From NCBI GenBank assembly GCA_030704615.1, contig CM060732.1:72230001-72294000 (forward strand): 64,000 nt of DNA, read 5' to 3'. The DNA comes from Takakia lepidozioides. Lineage: Eukaryota; Plantae; Bryophyta. A program made the translations under genes and the position numbers. The stretch's first letter is position 1, and every line of letters starts with the position of its first letter. The notes beneath the pieces are model-generated. The model was not told the DNA's origin. It made no database searches and saw nothing but the letters and a program-made list of their open reading frames with translations. Of the stretch, positions 47,854 to 59,800 are shown one piece after another.

Positions 47854-48240
47854 AGGCAGGTTCACACGGCAAAAATCCGTCCGTCCCATCTAGCCATAGT
47901 GGTGGGCCCTCCACATGTGTGGAGGGGGACGGGCGGGACTGACGGTGCAACATGTTCACACGCTATAGTACACACTTGACGCAACATATAAGTTTAGCAA
48001 GAGAAGATCTCATAAAGAGCCCTCCGGCTAAACCCTACACATGTTTTAGCCATGATAGCCAGGGAGAAGGAATGAGGGATGGGACGGACAGCGACGGACA
48101 GCGGGAAGTACCTACAGTGGCCAGGCCGTCCGTCCCTTCCTCGCCGTCGCCTTCCTCAAGGGTGGACCCCGGCCCGCCACACCCGCCGCAGCCGCCACGT
48201 CCGGATGGGATGGACGGATTTTTGCCGTGTGAACCTGCCT
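47854..48240. mobile_element. PIF/Harbinger-type MITE
   Basis: TIR AGGCAGGTTCACACGGCAAAAATCCGTCC with a perfect reverse complement at the right end; 3-bp TSD TGA. Confidence 0.9.
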
Positions 48241-48672
48241 TGAGTCATGGCCATGACAGCCTCCAGCCTCCAGGACAGGCCAAAGGTGTAGAGATGCAAA
48301 TGTGTGTAGAAATTTTTGAACTCTTTGCGCTGAAGCTCTTCCTGGTGTATGTCCTTGAAAATCCCAAAAGAAGTTGCCACCAAACGTATTCTAAAATGTT
48401 CAGTCTGTGGCAGAGAATTGAGTAGTGATGTAGTGCTTCAAGCTAGAAAGAAACACGGAAATCAACTGCTCACTGAACAGATGTGGCATATGTGTCTGTG
48501 AGAGAGAGAGGGGCTGACACCGGTGGCAGCACTTACCTGGAACAGAATTGATTTGAGTTTTCCAGATATCCTCTAGAAATCCGCTTACACAAGCATCAAT
48601 CTGATGTGTCTGGTTTGCGCAATAACTAGGCCCCAAAAGGCCATGGGCTTTTGCCCCGGCCTCGAGACATCC

Positions 48673-48905
48673 AAAGTCAGTAAACAGAGGTAGAGGCACA
48701 AATCCCTTGATGGATTAGGAAGAGGACATCTCCCTGGTGAGATTATCCAGGACAATGCATCAGAAAGTGAATATTATCTTTAGGTTGCCTACACACAACA
48801 AAGTCGGTAAACAGAGGTAGAGGCACAAATCCCTTGATGGATTTGAAGAGGACATCTCCCTGGTGAGATTATCCAGGACAATGCATCAGAAAGTCTACAC
48901 ACAAC
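48673..48905. repeat. Tandem duplication, ~127-bp period
   Basis: TAAACAGAGGTAGAGGCACAAATCCCTTGATGGA...CAGAAAGT occurs twice. Confidence 0.9.
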
Positions 48906-50037
48906 GGGCATTTGCAATCCCCCATTCCTCTCCGATTCTGTTTGCTGTTCAAAGGTAGGCTTCCCGCATTGAGTTCAAATTTCAGTCTAGTGCCAAGGGT
49001 CGGTAAACCCTTGAGGTCGTCCATGATGGCTCTCCCTTGTCACAAATTGGATTGCATAACTTCATTTCCATTAGACAATTTCCTGGTAACAGACATGGCT
49101 TTGGACAACTCCAGATTTATCCAGCAGGGTCAAGGCTTCCGACTTATATTCAGATCCTTGAGAATCTCTTCTACTCTCTTCCGCCAGGACTTAGCCTATT
49201 TTATACTCTCCTGCATATAACAGTGCCTGTCAATTTGCCTTTCCTGCTTTAATGCAGAAATTCCAAGCCTGTAGAGAAATGCGATGAAAGCTTGATGACC
49301 CCCATATCCTAATGGGAGAAAAACAAATGCGGCAATGAGATGGTAGAGATCCAAAATCCATTCAATCACTCATGGTGCAGATGGTGGTTTCGGCATCAGT
49401 TTATCCTTGCATTTACCAGTATCAAGTCTCTCTCATTGACAATGCCATAACTGTGTCAGATGTATCAGCCTCCTGTAAAGTGGTAAATCCATCAAGCTTT
49501 GTCACATATGGTTACATGTCTAGAATGTGGATGTATCTTCCAACTCAACCAAATGTCGCTCTCGCACTTAATATCAAACTGACAACCAGCCATTGGTATG
49601 CCCATTCTATGACGTCGATCTCAATCCTTTATCAAACACTAGTGAATTCCATACTTTTTAATCTGCTGATGGGCTACAAACTTTGCCATGAACATAGGGG
49701 CTGGATGGAAAGCAAGATGAGCATTATGGAGCTTTGTAAGGGACTGTCTAACCAACAAGACATCCAAAAACACACCACATTACACTCCCAAAACTCGACG
49801 TGTTCATCCATTCCCTTCAAATGGACTGTTGTCTTTGAAACATTCTTGGCCTCTATCCCTGTCTTGATACTGATTGACAGGAAACAGCCAATGATAATCT
49901 CTCTCCTTATCTTTCTCAATAACCAACACCACCCATACCCAACTACTATACAACTTGCTTAGTGTAGTGAAGAATATTATAGGAGACTTAGTCACTTGCA
50001 GTCTCTTACTTGCACCTTGGTAACTTATGTACACATT

Positions 50038-51727
50038 CTATCTCAATTTCTTACTTGCACGATACTTGGCAATGTTTGCATTCACCTGGCCTTGTACTTT
50101 CTTTGTGAAACCTGGGTATGGCTCGTACTCGAAAAGCATGTGGAGAACCTGCAGTGGCACACAGGAACATTGTAAACTCCCCTCACTCAAAAGGCTGGCG
50201 ATCGAAATTCCACATGCATGATCAATATATAATCCACCAATGCCCCTGGTAACCCAACTTATTATTGGTTGATTATTAGCCATGCTCAACCAGATGACAT
50301 ACATTCTGCGCACAATGAGCGCATCAACTTCCTTAAGGAAACTGCCGACAAGAATTTTTTTACAAGGTGGTTACTAAACCCTAGAAAGTGGTCACCACAA
50401 CCTAGACCAATTGAGTGCTTTAAGTCAGGCTCTCCATATTCAAATATGAACACTGTTACTGGGTCGTAATATCTTTTGAAAGAAAACTACACAGGAGAAA
50501 GACAACTTGATTGTCTTTCAGTGCTCCTGAATTGTCATCGAAAACCTGGAGCCTCTCCACATCAGTTCTACATTTCAATATACTCTTCACCCCCTACCTC
50601 ACTTACCTCCAACAAGTATGCATGCTTTCGTCACTACCACAATAGTGAGGAACTTCGATTTAGAATCATCAAGCCATTTTACAAATCCCTTCAATTCCAG
50701 GAAGATGAGGAAAGAATCCATACTCCATTCCCAAATAAATGAAACTGCTTTGTACCTCGAGCAAGACAAAGAAGGGAGCCATGAGAAATGCTTGAGCAAT
50801 ATTGTCCAGCAAGGCAGGGGCGCGCTTCTGCAATGTATGATCAAGCGCACATAAGATTGGATGTATACATCGAGGCCAAGTAAGAGTTTGCCTCTGGACA
50901 TCATGGGCACAGCTAGATTGCATCGTCACATCATGGAGTTGCACATATGACTAAGGGGCACAAACCATCATCCCAGCTTCAGCCTCCCATGCCACTGAAC
51001 CCTACTCGCACAGTCAGACTGGAATGGCATACAAGCCCATCCAGACAAAGAACTGAAAGTGATATCTCCGCATACCAGTTTATCAAGCTTCCAGGTACAC
51101 CATGCAAACAGACACAATAATACTTACTTCAAACACTCCATGCCCAATAAACTGAGCTGTCCAGCACACCACCTGCGAAACCAAGACGACCTACCACACA
51201 CCAACATACCAAGACGGAATTTGTCAGAAGAGTACTTTATCTGTGTCTCTATCTCTCTCAATCCCCTCTTCTGCACAATGCCAACAGCATTCACTGTGAT
51301 CACTAAATAGGTGAAAAAGTGTTGGGCAGAAAGAGGGAAAGAGAATAACCTTCCATGCCGTCTGGTACGGCAAGCTCTGGGCGACAGCATTGGACCCCAA
51401 CCAACAGAGAAGGACAAGTGCTGCGCTCACGGTCCCAGCCTTCTTATCCAAAGTCACATGGAACAGGGCATACACGGCCGCAATTACGAAACTATAATTC
51501 AATACCATGTACTGGTGGTAGGGTAAACCACCCAGCTGGGATGGCAGGGGAGCCAGGATCGGACCATATGCGGGTATAATCAGGGCGGTGAATACAATCG
51601 GCCAAACGAAAATCAGATGTATCAAGATGTTGGTATGATTGTGATGGTATGCGCCATAGAACGAAAACTGCTTCTCCAGATTCAAAAAGTCTTTCACTCT
51701 CTCAGACAAACTCCTTTCCCCGCCCAT
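50038..51727 (-). CDS. MPO1: MPO1/MHP1-like 2-hydroxy fatty acid dioxygenase (DUF962), 207 aa
   Basis: Exons 51727-51350, 51190-51128, 50827-50756, 50148-50038 (624 nt, GT-AG). FYGAYHHNHTNILIH, QFIGHGVFEKRAPALLDN, FLMAPFFVLLE. Confidence 0.93.
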
Positions 51728-52390
51728 TGCTGCAGAGTCCTCCCTGCGCGGATTGTTTGCTATCCTCTCTCTCTCTCTCTCTTCAACTCAGCGCCGCGTC
51801 TGCCCTGCCGCCCACCACCGAAAAAGTGCGTTGACGCAGATCCTCACACCACCAATCCCAATCAACAACCATGTCGGTTGCCACAATTACATGAACCCAC
51901 TGTAATCCAAGTCTAGAAAGTGATTTGTTTCTTGGTGTCTCAAAGTTGGACTTAGAGCAAGTCGCGCAACTCCCAGAGAATATGTTACTACCTTATACCG
52001 TTCCTGGATTCTTCCACAAAAGTAGAGAGTGGGTGAAGGATTCAGGTTTGTCTAAAAGCTGGGATGCGCGGGCCACAAGATCCGTCCTCCTCCGATAGCT
52101 CACACCTACTGCCTCACCGCCTCCCTTGGCCAAGTCCTCTTGTTCTTCACACGTGCCACCCTTGTCAGTAGAGCCCCACCACTCCACCCACCAACCAAAA
52201 GAACAAAAACAAGCGGCTGGTCGCGTAATGGCTCCACCCTAAAACTCTTAAGTTGAAAATTTCCTAAAATATTATATTGAAATAAAATATCATATACATA
52301 TCACATATTCGATTTTTGTTTTTTTGGTAAGGGCGTTGGCCGTTTACTTTATATTCGAATTATATGACAAACACGTTCTGCATAAGAGGA

Positions 52391-52942
52391 TGTGAAGCCT
52401 AATTCCGGCGATATGGGTTTGTTCCTCTTCCTCTACCGGACTTAATCCTATCAGGGGGGATGTAGTCGATAGATGGGCCTTGCATAGAGGACGGAATCTC
52501 ACGAAGAGGACGCAACAGAGTCGGACATCCAGAACGCATTCATCAACACACTCAAGCACACCGTTACACGAAACGTACACTCGCGTAAGACCCAAAAGCC
52601 ACCACCCTCACTGCCACGGCAGTCGAGTTTAAATAGTATTAGGTCGTAATCTAATCCTAGTGTCGCGTGGCACTTACATAAAGGCCGGCCATATGCCCTT
52701 CCAGCATAGCCATAGAAAGAAGCCAAATCACCCAGATCCATCCTAACATAATCCTAAACTAGCTATTAGAATAAGACATCATCTAATAAAGTCATAAATT
52801 ATTGCCAGCTCATCCTCATGCGCAAGGTGTAAATTCATCCAGACTTCATCTTGGTTCTGTCCATCCCTAAATCATCTGGGGCACATCCCTCCTCCGTTCA
52901 TCCAAGTCGAAAAAGAAGGTGAGAATGAATCCCAGCTCCACA
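52391..52942 (-). mobile_element. LTR, family copy 2
   Basis: Full-length homology to 42124-42675 with the same termini; no clear TSD. Confidence 0.85.
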
Positions 52943-53323
52943 TATGTGAAGCCTACTGGGGCCACTAGAAACTGCGAGCTCCTGCGAGCGATGAACTTAG
53001 GAAGAACACAAACAAAGCCTAGCCAAAACAAACTACACACCCGGCACACAAGGGATGAAAAAACCCAGGGAAACCTCACCCTGCAAGCTGGATGGAGGAC
53101 AAAACATCCCATAGGAAAAACCCCAAGTGCTACAATTGGTACAACGAAATGTAAAACTACGCTAAAGAAGAAGATGTCAGGGCTTGATCATGAGCTGTCC
53201 GAGTTGTGGGGGTGAAAATCATTCTGCGGTTCTCAACATTCAAACAGGTTAGATAAAAAATAAGAGTGCATGGAACAAGCAATGACACATGAATGGGGCT
53301 AGCTAAGTTAGGAGTAGAAGCAT

Positions 53324-53633
53324 CATTACTACGTTTAGGGGGGGTTAGCGACGCCAGGACCCCGGACGCGTCGGACGCGCCGACCCCCCTGCGACTACAG
53401 AGTCGCACAGGCGCCCGGCTCGGGACTTACGACGTCGGGGCGTCGTAACGCCGGCGCTCGGACGATGTTGTGGCATCTTGCCATGCCATGCCGTCGCCGG
53501 AAAGGGGCCTGACCTCATTCCCCCGCCAACGCACTGGGGGGTTGCGACGCCGAGGAATCGCAACGAGACGTCGCAGCGACGCTTTTGCGACGGCCGGGCG
53601 CTCCTGCGACGGCGGGGAATCGCAATGCCCGGG

Positions 53634-53668
<35 letters not shown>

Positions 53669-54642
53669 ATTTTTTTTTCGCAATTCCCCGTCATCGCAAA
53701 AGCGTCGCTCGGGCTGCGGCGTTGCGATTCCCCGGCGTCCTGGGGGCGTCGCGGAAAATTGATTCTGGGAATAGATTGTAGAACATAATGGGCTTGACAT
53801 CCTCAGACTATAGCCATTGTCCAACAATAAATTGTAATGCAGCTTTGCAAAACTTAGGCCATTGATAGATATTTGTTCTTGAAGAACTCTGGGGACAAGT
53901 CTCGGTGCAAGTTCCAGCTGTGAGAGCTCATGTAGAGTACGCATAATCTGCAACACAATGATAGGATTGAGATAGTGGTAGTCACTAGGAGCTATCTCTT
54001 GGTATGTATATATATACTTGGACTGCTCTTGTGATACATAGTGTATTGTAGATTTGTTGGTTAGTGTGCAGTGTCTTAGAAATGTTATAATGTGGAGGTC
54101 ATAGGTTCAAATATGCATTGCTTAATATATGTAGAACAATGCATGAACTGCCATTGGACAAAACCGGAGTCAATGGTCAACGCCGAGTCAATGGTCAACT
54201 AGTTTTTGAAATTCAAATTCAAATTCAAATTTTCCCACCTAAATTCAAATGTACCCCCCTACTGTGACGTCTGGGGGTCGCATTTACGACCCCCGGACGT
54301 CCCTAATGCGACGTGGCAGAAAAAACATCGCAAAATTTATTTTATTTTATTTTATTTTTGCGATGCCCGGACGTCGCAAGTCGCGCCGGCGCCGCGGCCG
54401 GGGGTCCCGGGGGGTTTGCGATTCCCCAACGACGCTAATTAGCGAAGTTCCGGGAGCGACGTCGCTGCGAGTTCCTGACGTCGCTGCGAGTTCCTAACGT
54501 CGCAAAATGCCCCCAGCGCGCCCCGGGCGCTGTAGAGTATTTCCGTCGCTAATCGCGGCGGTTGGAGGTCGTTGGGGCATCGCTAAACCTCCCCCCCCCC
54601 CCCCCCCCCCCGCCCCCCGCCTCCCCTGCCTCCGTAGTAGTG
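53324..54642. mobile_element. Non-autonomous CACTA (EnSpm) element
   Basis: Ends CATTACTACG / CGTAGTAGTG, 3-bp TSD CAT (53321-23, 54643-45), GC-rich subterminal GCGACG/CGTCGC repeats. Confidence 0.88.
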
Positions 54643-56523
54643 CATGCTGGGGAAGCAAGACATACTGCCTGCCAGGAAGAATATCAGAGATCACGTAAGG
54701 GCCATCAATCCGACGCTTGGCCTTAGATACCTGCTTACCAGGCAGGAGCCTGACACGAACAGACTGGCCTACCTTGAATGACTCAGAATACACAACATGT
54801 CTATTGTAATTCTTGGTCTAAGCAGCTTGGGCAAACACAATGTTAGATTTAGCTGTTTCACGCAAACTACGTCGTCTAGCATCCATGGAAAGCAAAAACA
54901 TTTCTCAATTTTCAGGCTCAGCTGTGGATACCTACAGCCAGGAGATATGCAAATGAGTTCTACATTTCCTACCATACAAAAGTTCAAAAGGAGAAATTTT
55001 GGTACTGGCATGAATAGAGGTTCGATAGACAAACAGCAGGATAGGCACATCAATGTCTCATTCATCTATGAGTGACCCATTTTTCTCTAGCATCTGGCAC
55101 ATTGTCTTGTTAAAACGCTCAGTCAAGCCATTACACTAGGGGTTATAAGGTGTAGTCACGGCATGTTTAGCGTTTAGATTGAACAATATAATCTCCATAA
55201 GCTGGTTGCAGAATTGTGTACCTTGATCCGTGAGGATCTCAAGAGGGCAACCATGGCGGAGAATCACCTTATCAAAAAAGAATTGTACCACCTCATTACT
55301 GTCTTTAGCGACCAGGGGTCGGAGCTCAACCCATTTAGTCAGGTAATCCGTAGCAACAACAAGGTATGCATGACCCTTAGACGTAGGTTTGAGAGGTCCA
55401 ACAAGATCTAAGCCCACCCGGGCAAAGGGTTCAGTAACCGGGATAGATTGCAAAGGGAGTGGTGCTTCGGTCCTAGGCAGGATGATTTTGGCATGACAGG
55501 GTACACACCTTGAAGCTGAAACGTCTTTAATTAAACTTTTCCAGTGATATTGTTCTTGGAGCATTTTCACAGTTTTGGTAACCACTAAGTGACCAACATA
55601 AGTAAAAGCATGGTACACTTCTAGCAAGGCAGGGACAGCTCGGACCTAGGAGGGACTTCCACAGCAAGATCACCTTCCAATGTATTCACTCTGAACAACC
55701 TCCCTTCATTTTCTCGGTGGGTGGGTAAGTGATAGTTCACTTGCCTCATGAGGAGCCTGGATATGCCACTAAGGTGTGTGCCGGCTTTGCACCTGTGGAG
55801 TAGAGCATCGTAAAGAGGTTCATCCATGCCTACAACACTCATGGCCACACAATCAGCAGGTTAGTGCAGGTGAGAAGAAAGTGGCAGCCCCCGTGATCTT
55901 CCTCTCATGGTTCCTGACTTCAATTTTCAGTTGGTTGCCTATGAGGAAGCAAGCAGGCTATGAAGTGCAGCTCAGTCCCTTGGTCGGGAATAAGACTGGA
56001 TAGGGAGCAGGAGAAACATGATCATGGAAAAGGTAGGGCCAAATCTTTCCTAGGCTGCAGATTGCCAACCTACTAGCATTGCCAAGTACCAAGTAGGAAA
56101 TTTAAGGAACATAAAATTGAACTAGATCCCAAGAATCTAGCAGATCGGTAGGAACATAAGGGAAATCCAGCAGATGACATAATGCATAAGGATCAATGAC
56201 AGGTGCAGTAACAAAAGGGGAAGAAAGAACAGGAACAAGATCATCCAGAGTAGTATAAGGGGCAGGAGGCTTATTTTCCCCACGAGTCAATGCATCAACA
56301 TTAACATTATCTTTGCCTCGCTTGTAAGAGATCTGAAAATCATAACCCTATAAAATCAGAGCCCATCTAGCCAAACGTCCAGTTAGTTTGCGAGGAGTAA
56401 GCAAGGCTTTCAAAGGCAGATGATCTGTCTCAATGGTGAAGTGACAACCATGAAGATACTGCCTAAAATATTTAACACCAAAGATGGTTTTGGCTGGTTA
56501 CAGGAGGCAACAAGTCATAAGAG

Positions 56524-56805
56524 ATGAGGGGTTTTGGGTGGTGGAATAATGAGCAGGCTCGCTCACTCCTGATGGTGAACGTGGCAGCTATTATGGAGAG
56601 GGCAGATGAAGCATTGTTGCCAAGAGTATATAAGGAGATTGGTTTGGCTTTGCATGCGTCACCAGCTCGTCTAGGGTCACTCACACTGGTGAGATCACTG
56701 ATGCAAGTATTATGCGCACCTTTGGCAGCCTATATTGCCGTCCATCATAACCGAGCAAATGTAATCGCACTTGGGGCAATATTGTGGTCCATTGCCACTT
56801 TCTTT
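56524..56805 (+). pseudogene. Captured 5' fragment of a host MFS (spinster-like) transporter gene
   Basis: SLLMVNVAAIMERADEALLP.VYKEIG.ALHASP..LGSLTL.RS..Q..APLAAY....HNRA.VIALGA.LW, inside a ~620-bp insert (56486-57107) in the Ty3 RNase H. Confidence 0.85.
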
Positions 56806-59800
56806 GATTACAGACACAAGCAGCACACACAAGAGGTCCTTTTTGGGTTGATGGTCCTTCAAATACTCCATGGGTCATGACACGGGGTCAAGGACAATGT
56901 GGTGAGGGCACCTTCTTCTTCGACCTATTCTTTGTAGCACGGAGCAGAGCTGGCATGAGTTTTTTAAAGATCCTTCATGATGGTGGGACAACCGCAATCG
57001 CAAGGTGTGGCTTTTTCTTAATGTACGATGTGAAGAAGTTTGTCCATCCAGCAAATGTGGGCTCTTGGCTCCTATTAGTACCATGATTTGGTATTCTTCA
57101 TGATGTTTACTGCTAGGCCCTCTTTGTCTGTGATAGAGTAGTTTCGTTCATGTTTGTCAAGACGGCGCGAAGCATAGGCAATCGCATGTTCCTACTCATC
57201 TTGAATTTGACTAAGCACTGCAGAGATAGCTAAGTCACTAGTGTCAGTTTGTAAAAAGAAAGGTAAGGTAAAATCAGGGTAGGCAAGAACAGGGGCCGAA
57301 GTCAAAGCAATCTTGAGTTTCTCAAAAGCCGAGGTTTCTGCAGTACCCCATACCAAGCGCGCATCCTTGGACAACAAGCGAGTAAGTGGGGCAGCAAGCT
57401 TGGCAAACTGAAAGATGAAACAACGATAATATGAACCCAGACCCAGAAAAGCCTAACCAAACAGCCTGAATTTTACGAGGATCAGACCTGATGCCAGCAG
57501 CAGATAGCAGGTGCTCAAGGAAGTGTAGCTGTTCCATACAGAAGTCACACTTCTTGGCTTTGACTTTTAGGCCTGCAGCCCGAAGTTTGCACACCACCCG
57601 TTGTAAATCCAACAAGTGAGCATCAAAGGTGGTGGAGTAAATATTAATATCATCTATGTAAACTAAGGCACACTCCCAGCGAAGATTGCCAAGCACAACA
57701 TCCATGAGCCTCTGAAAGGTGGCAGTAGCATTGCATAATCCAAAAGGCATAATTTTGAACTGATACATGCCCATGCGACAAGTGAAGGCTGTTTTCTCTT
57801 TGGCTGCCGAAGTCAAGGGCACCTGCCAGAATCCAGCTGCTAGATCTAACGACGAGAATATAGTAGCTCCATTCAATTGGTCAAGAGTCTCATTAATACG
57901 AGGTTAGGGATACACATCATTTTAAGTGATAGCATTCAGACGTCTAAAATCAACACAGAAGTGAGTTGAACCATCTTTTTTCCCTGCTAAGACAATGGGA
58001 CTGGCCCAAGGTGAGATTGAGGGTGTGATGACACCTGTGTCCAACATTTTGGTAATCTCTTCCTGAATAACCTTTCTTTCTCGCACACTTTCTCGGTAGG
58101 CATACTGTTTGATAGGCTTACCTTCAGTGATGATATCATGGTCCAGGATGGTCGTGCGACCAAGGTCATGAGGGCCCTTGCCAAAAATATCCAGGTTATT
58201 ATGGAGAAAGTCATGAAGTTGGCTGGTCTGCTGAGGTATGAGATGCTCCCCAACCGTGATGTCTTGCAAAACTTGTTGGTAATGCAGCTCTTGATTTGAG
58301 GTCAAGGGAAGACTGGCAACAGGCCCGACGTTGGCAGCAAAGGCCTGCAGTTGGTCAAGAGGGGAATCCACCAGACCTATGTCGTGGAAGGAGAGACCTT
58401 TCTGAACAGAAGCCAACTTAGATAAAGGTGAGGCAGACAGTCTAGCTAAGACTTGCCCCTTACGAATGGTAATGCCTATACGCTCAGGATTAGCCACCAA
58501 CAGTCTCACTTCACCCTTGAAACCTCTATCAATCACTCCAGATGCAATCATACAATGTTTTTGCAAGGTCAGCTTCTTCCAACCTTCCACCTCAATATAA
58601 TGGCCTTGGGGGCAAGCAAAAGCTAGACCAGAAGGAATTACACGTTGAGAAAAAGCAGGAATGACCAAGTCGACAGGAGCTCGGAGTAGCATTGTGTTCT
58701 TGGCCACTGGCAGTGGAGGGCCAGATTTCTTACCTAGCAGAGGGAACTGTCATTGATAAAGACAGCCCTTGGGGGCTTGAAATTGACTGAATCTGGCCCA
58801 ATTGTAGTGCTGGCCTACAGTTTCTTTCATGTGCTCAGCGTGCAATTTCAATCGAGAGTAATTGACTAAAGAGGTACCAGCAGCCAAGGTGATAGCGTTG
58901 AGGTTTACCTTATAAGGCTGGCCCTCACCATTGTGTAACCACATCACATTGCCCATGATGTCCAAGCTAGCCTCTGTCCCCTTCATCCAGTCAAGGCCCA
59001 ACAAAAGCTGCTCCCCCAAAGTGACAATACAGGTTAGCACCACTATCTTGCCACTGACATGGATAGGCACAGTAACCAAACCCATGGGTTCATAGGCTGT
59101 ACCATCGGCTATGGTTACTCCCAGCCCTTTGGCAAGCCGTAACTTGAGGCCTAATATGCGTACAATGGAGAGTGGAATGGCAGACATGGTGCAGGGCTCC
59201 TGTGTCAATCACACATGAAAAAGAAAGGTGGCCAATGTGACACTGAGTCATCAAGGGATATATGCGTTCTCTTCTAAGCACCCTAGAGGCTTCACAATGC
59301 ATGAGTTTGAAATCATTGGACAAAACAGCACTAGCAACAGGTTGTGGGTTTATAGAGAGATCGGCTGGCACCCTTACGGATGATCTTGGTTGTTTAAATG
59401 GCCTTTCGGGATTTTCTCTTTCTCATAACGATCAATGAGAGTAGGGAGTTGAGAAATGTAAGGGAAGAACCTGGTGTAGTGTTCTTTGGATTTGCAAACC
59501 ATGCATGCCACCACGGATAGTCTGGCTTCATACGTAGGGCTAGTGTTAGTCTTACCCTTGTGACCAGTGTTTTGGGAGCCAGCTGGTTTCCAGTTAACTT
59601 CTGCATTGAAGGCCTGTAGTTGACCCTGGATTTCATCACGGAAGGAGGACAATTCATGCACAAGGGAAGGTACCAATTCTTCTGCAAGGCCTTTCACCCC
59701 AAGGTGCCCATCAGTAATCACAACATCAGTTCTTTCACTGGCCAGGTGTGTGTGTTTGATAGTGGCTGGTTTGGCAAATCCAGCCTTGGCAGCTTTAAGA

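Noticed and set aside
48900-49960. 196-aa plus-strand ORF, or a decayed LINE on the minus strand
   Set aside because: No recognisable domain on the plus strand; only a faint LINE-like C-terminal motif (ELNAGSLPL) on the minus strand, too weak to call.
53345-53956. Overlapping Arg/Lys/Phe-run ORFs
   Set aside because: Artefacts of the GC-rich CACTA subterminal repeats and a poly-A run.
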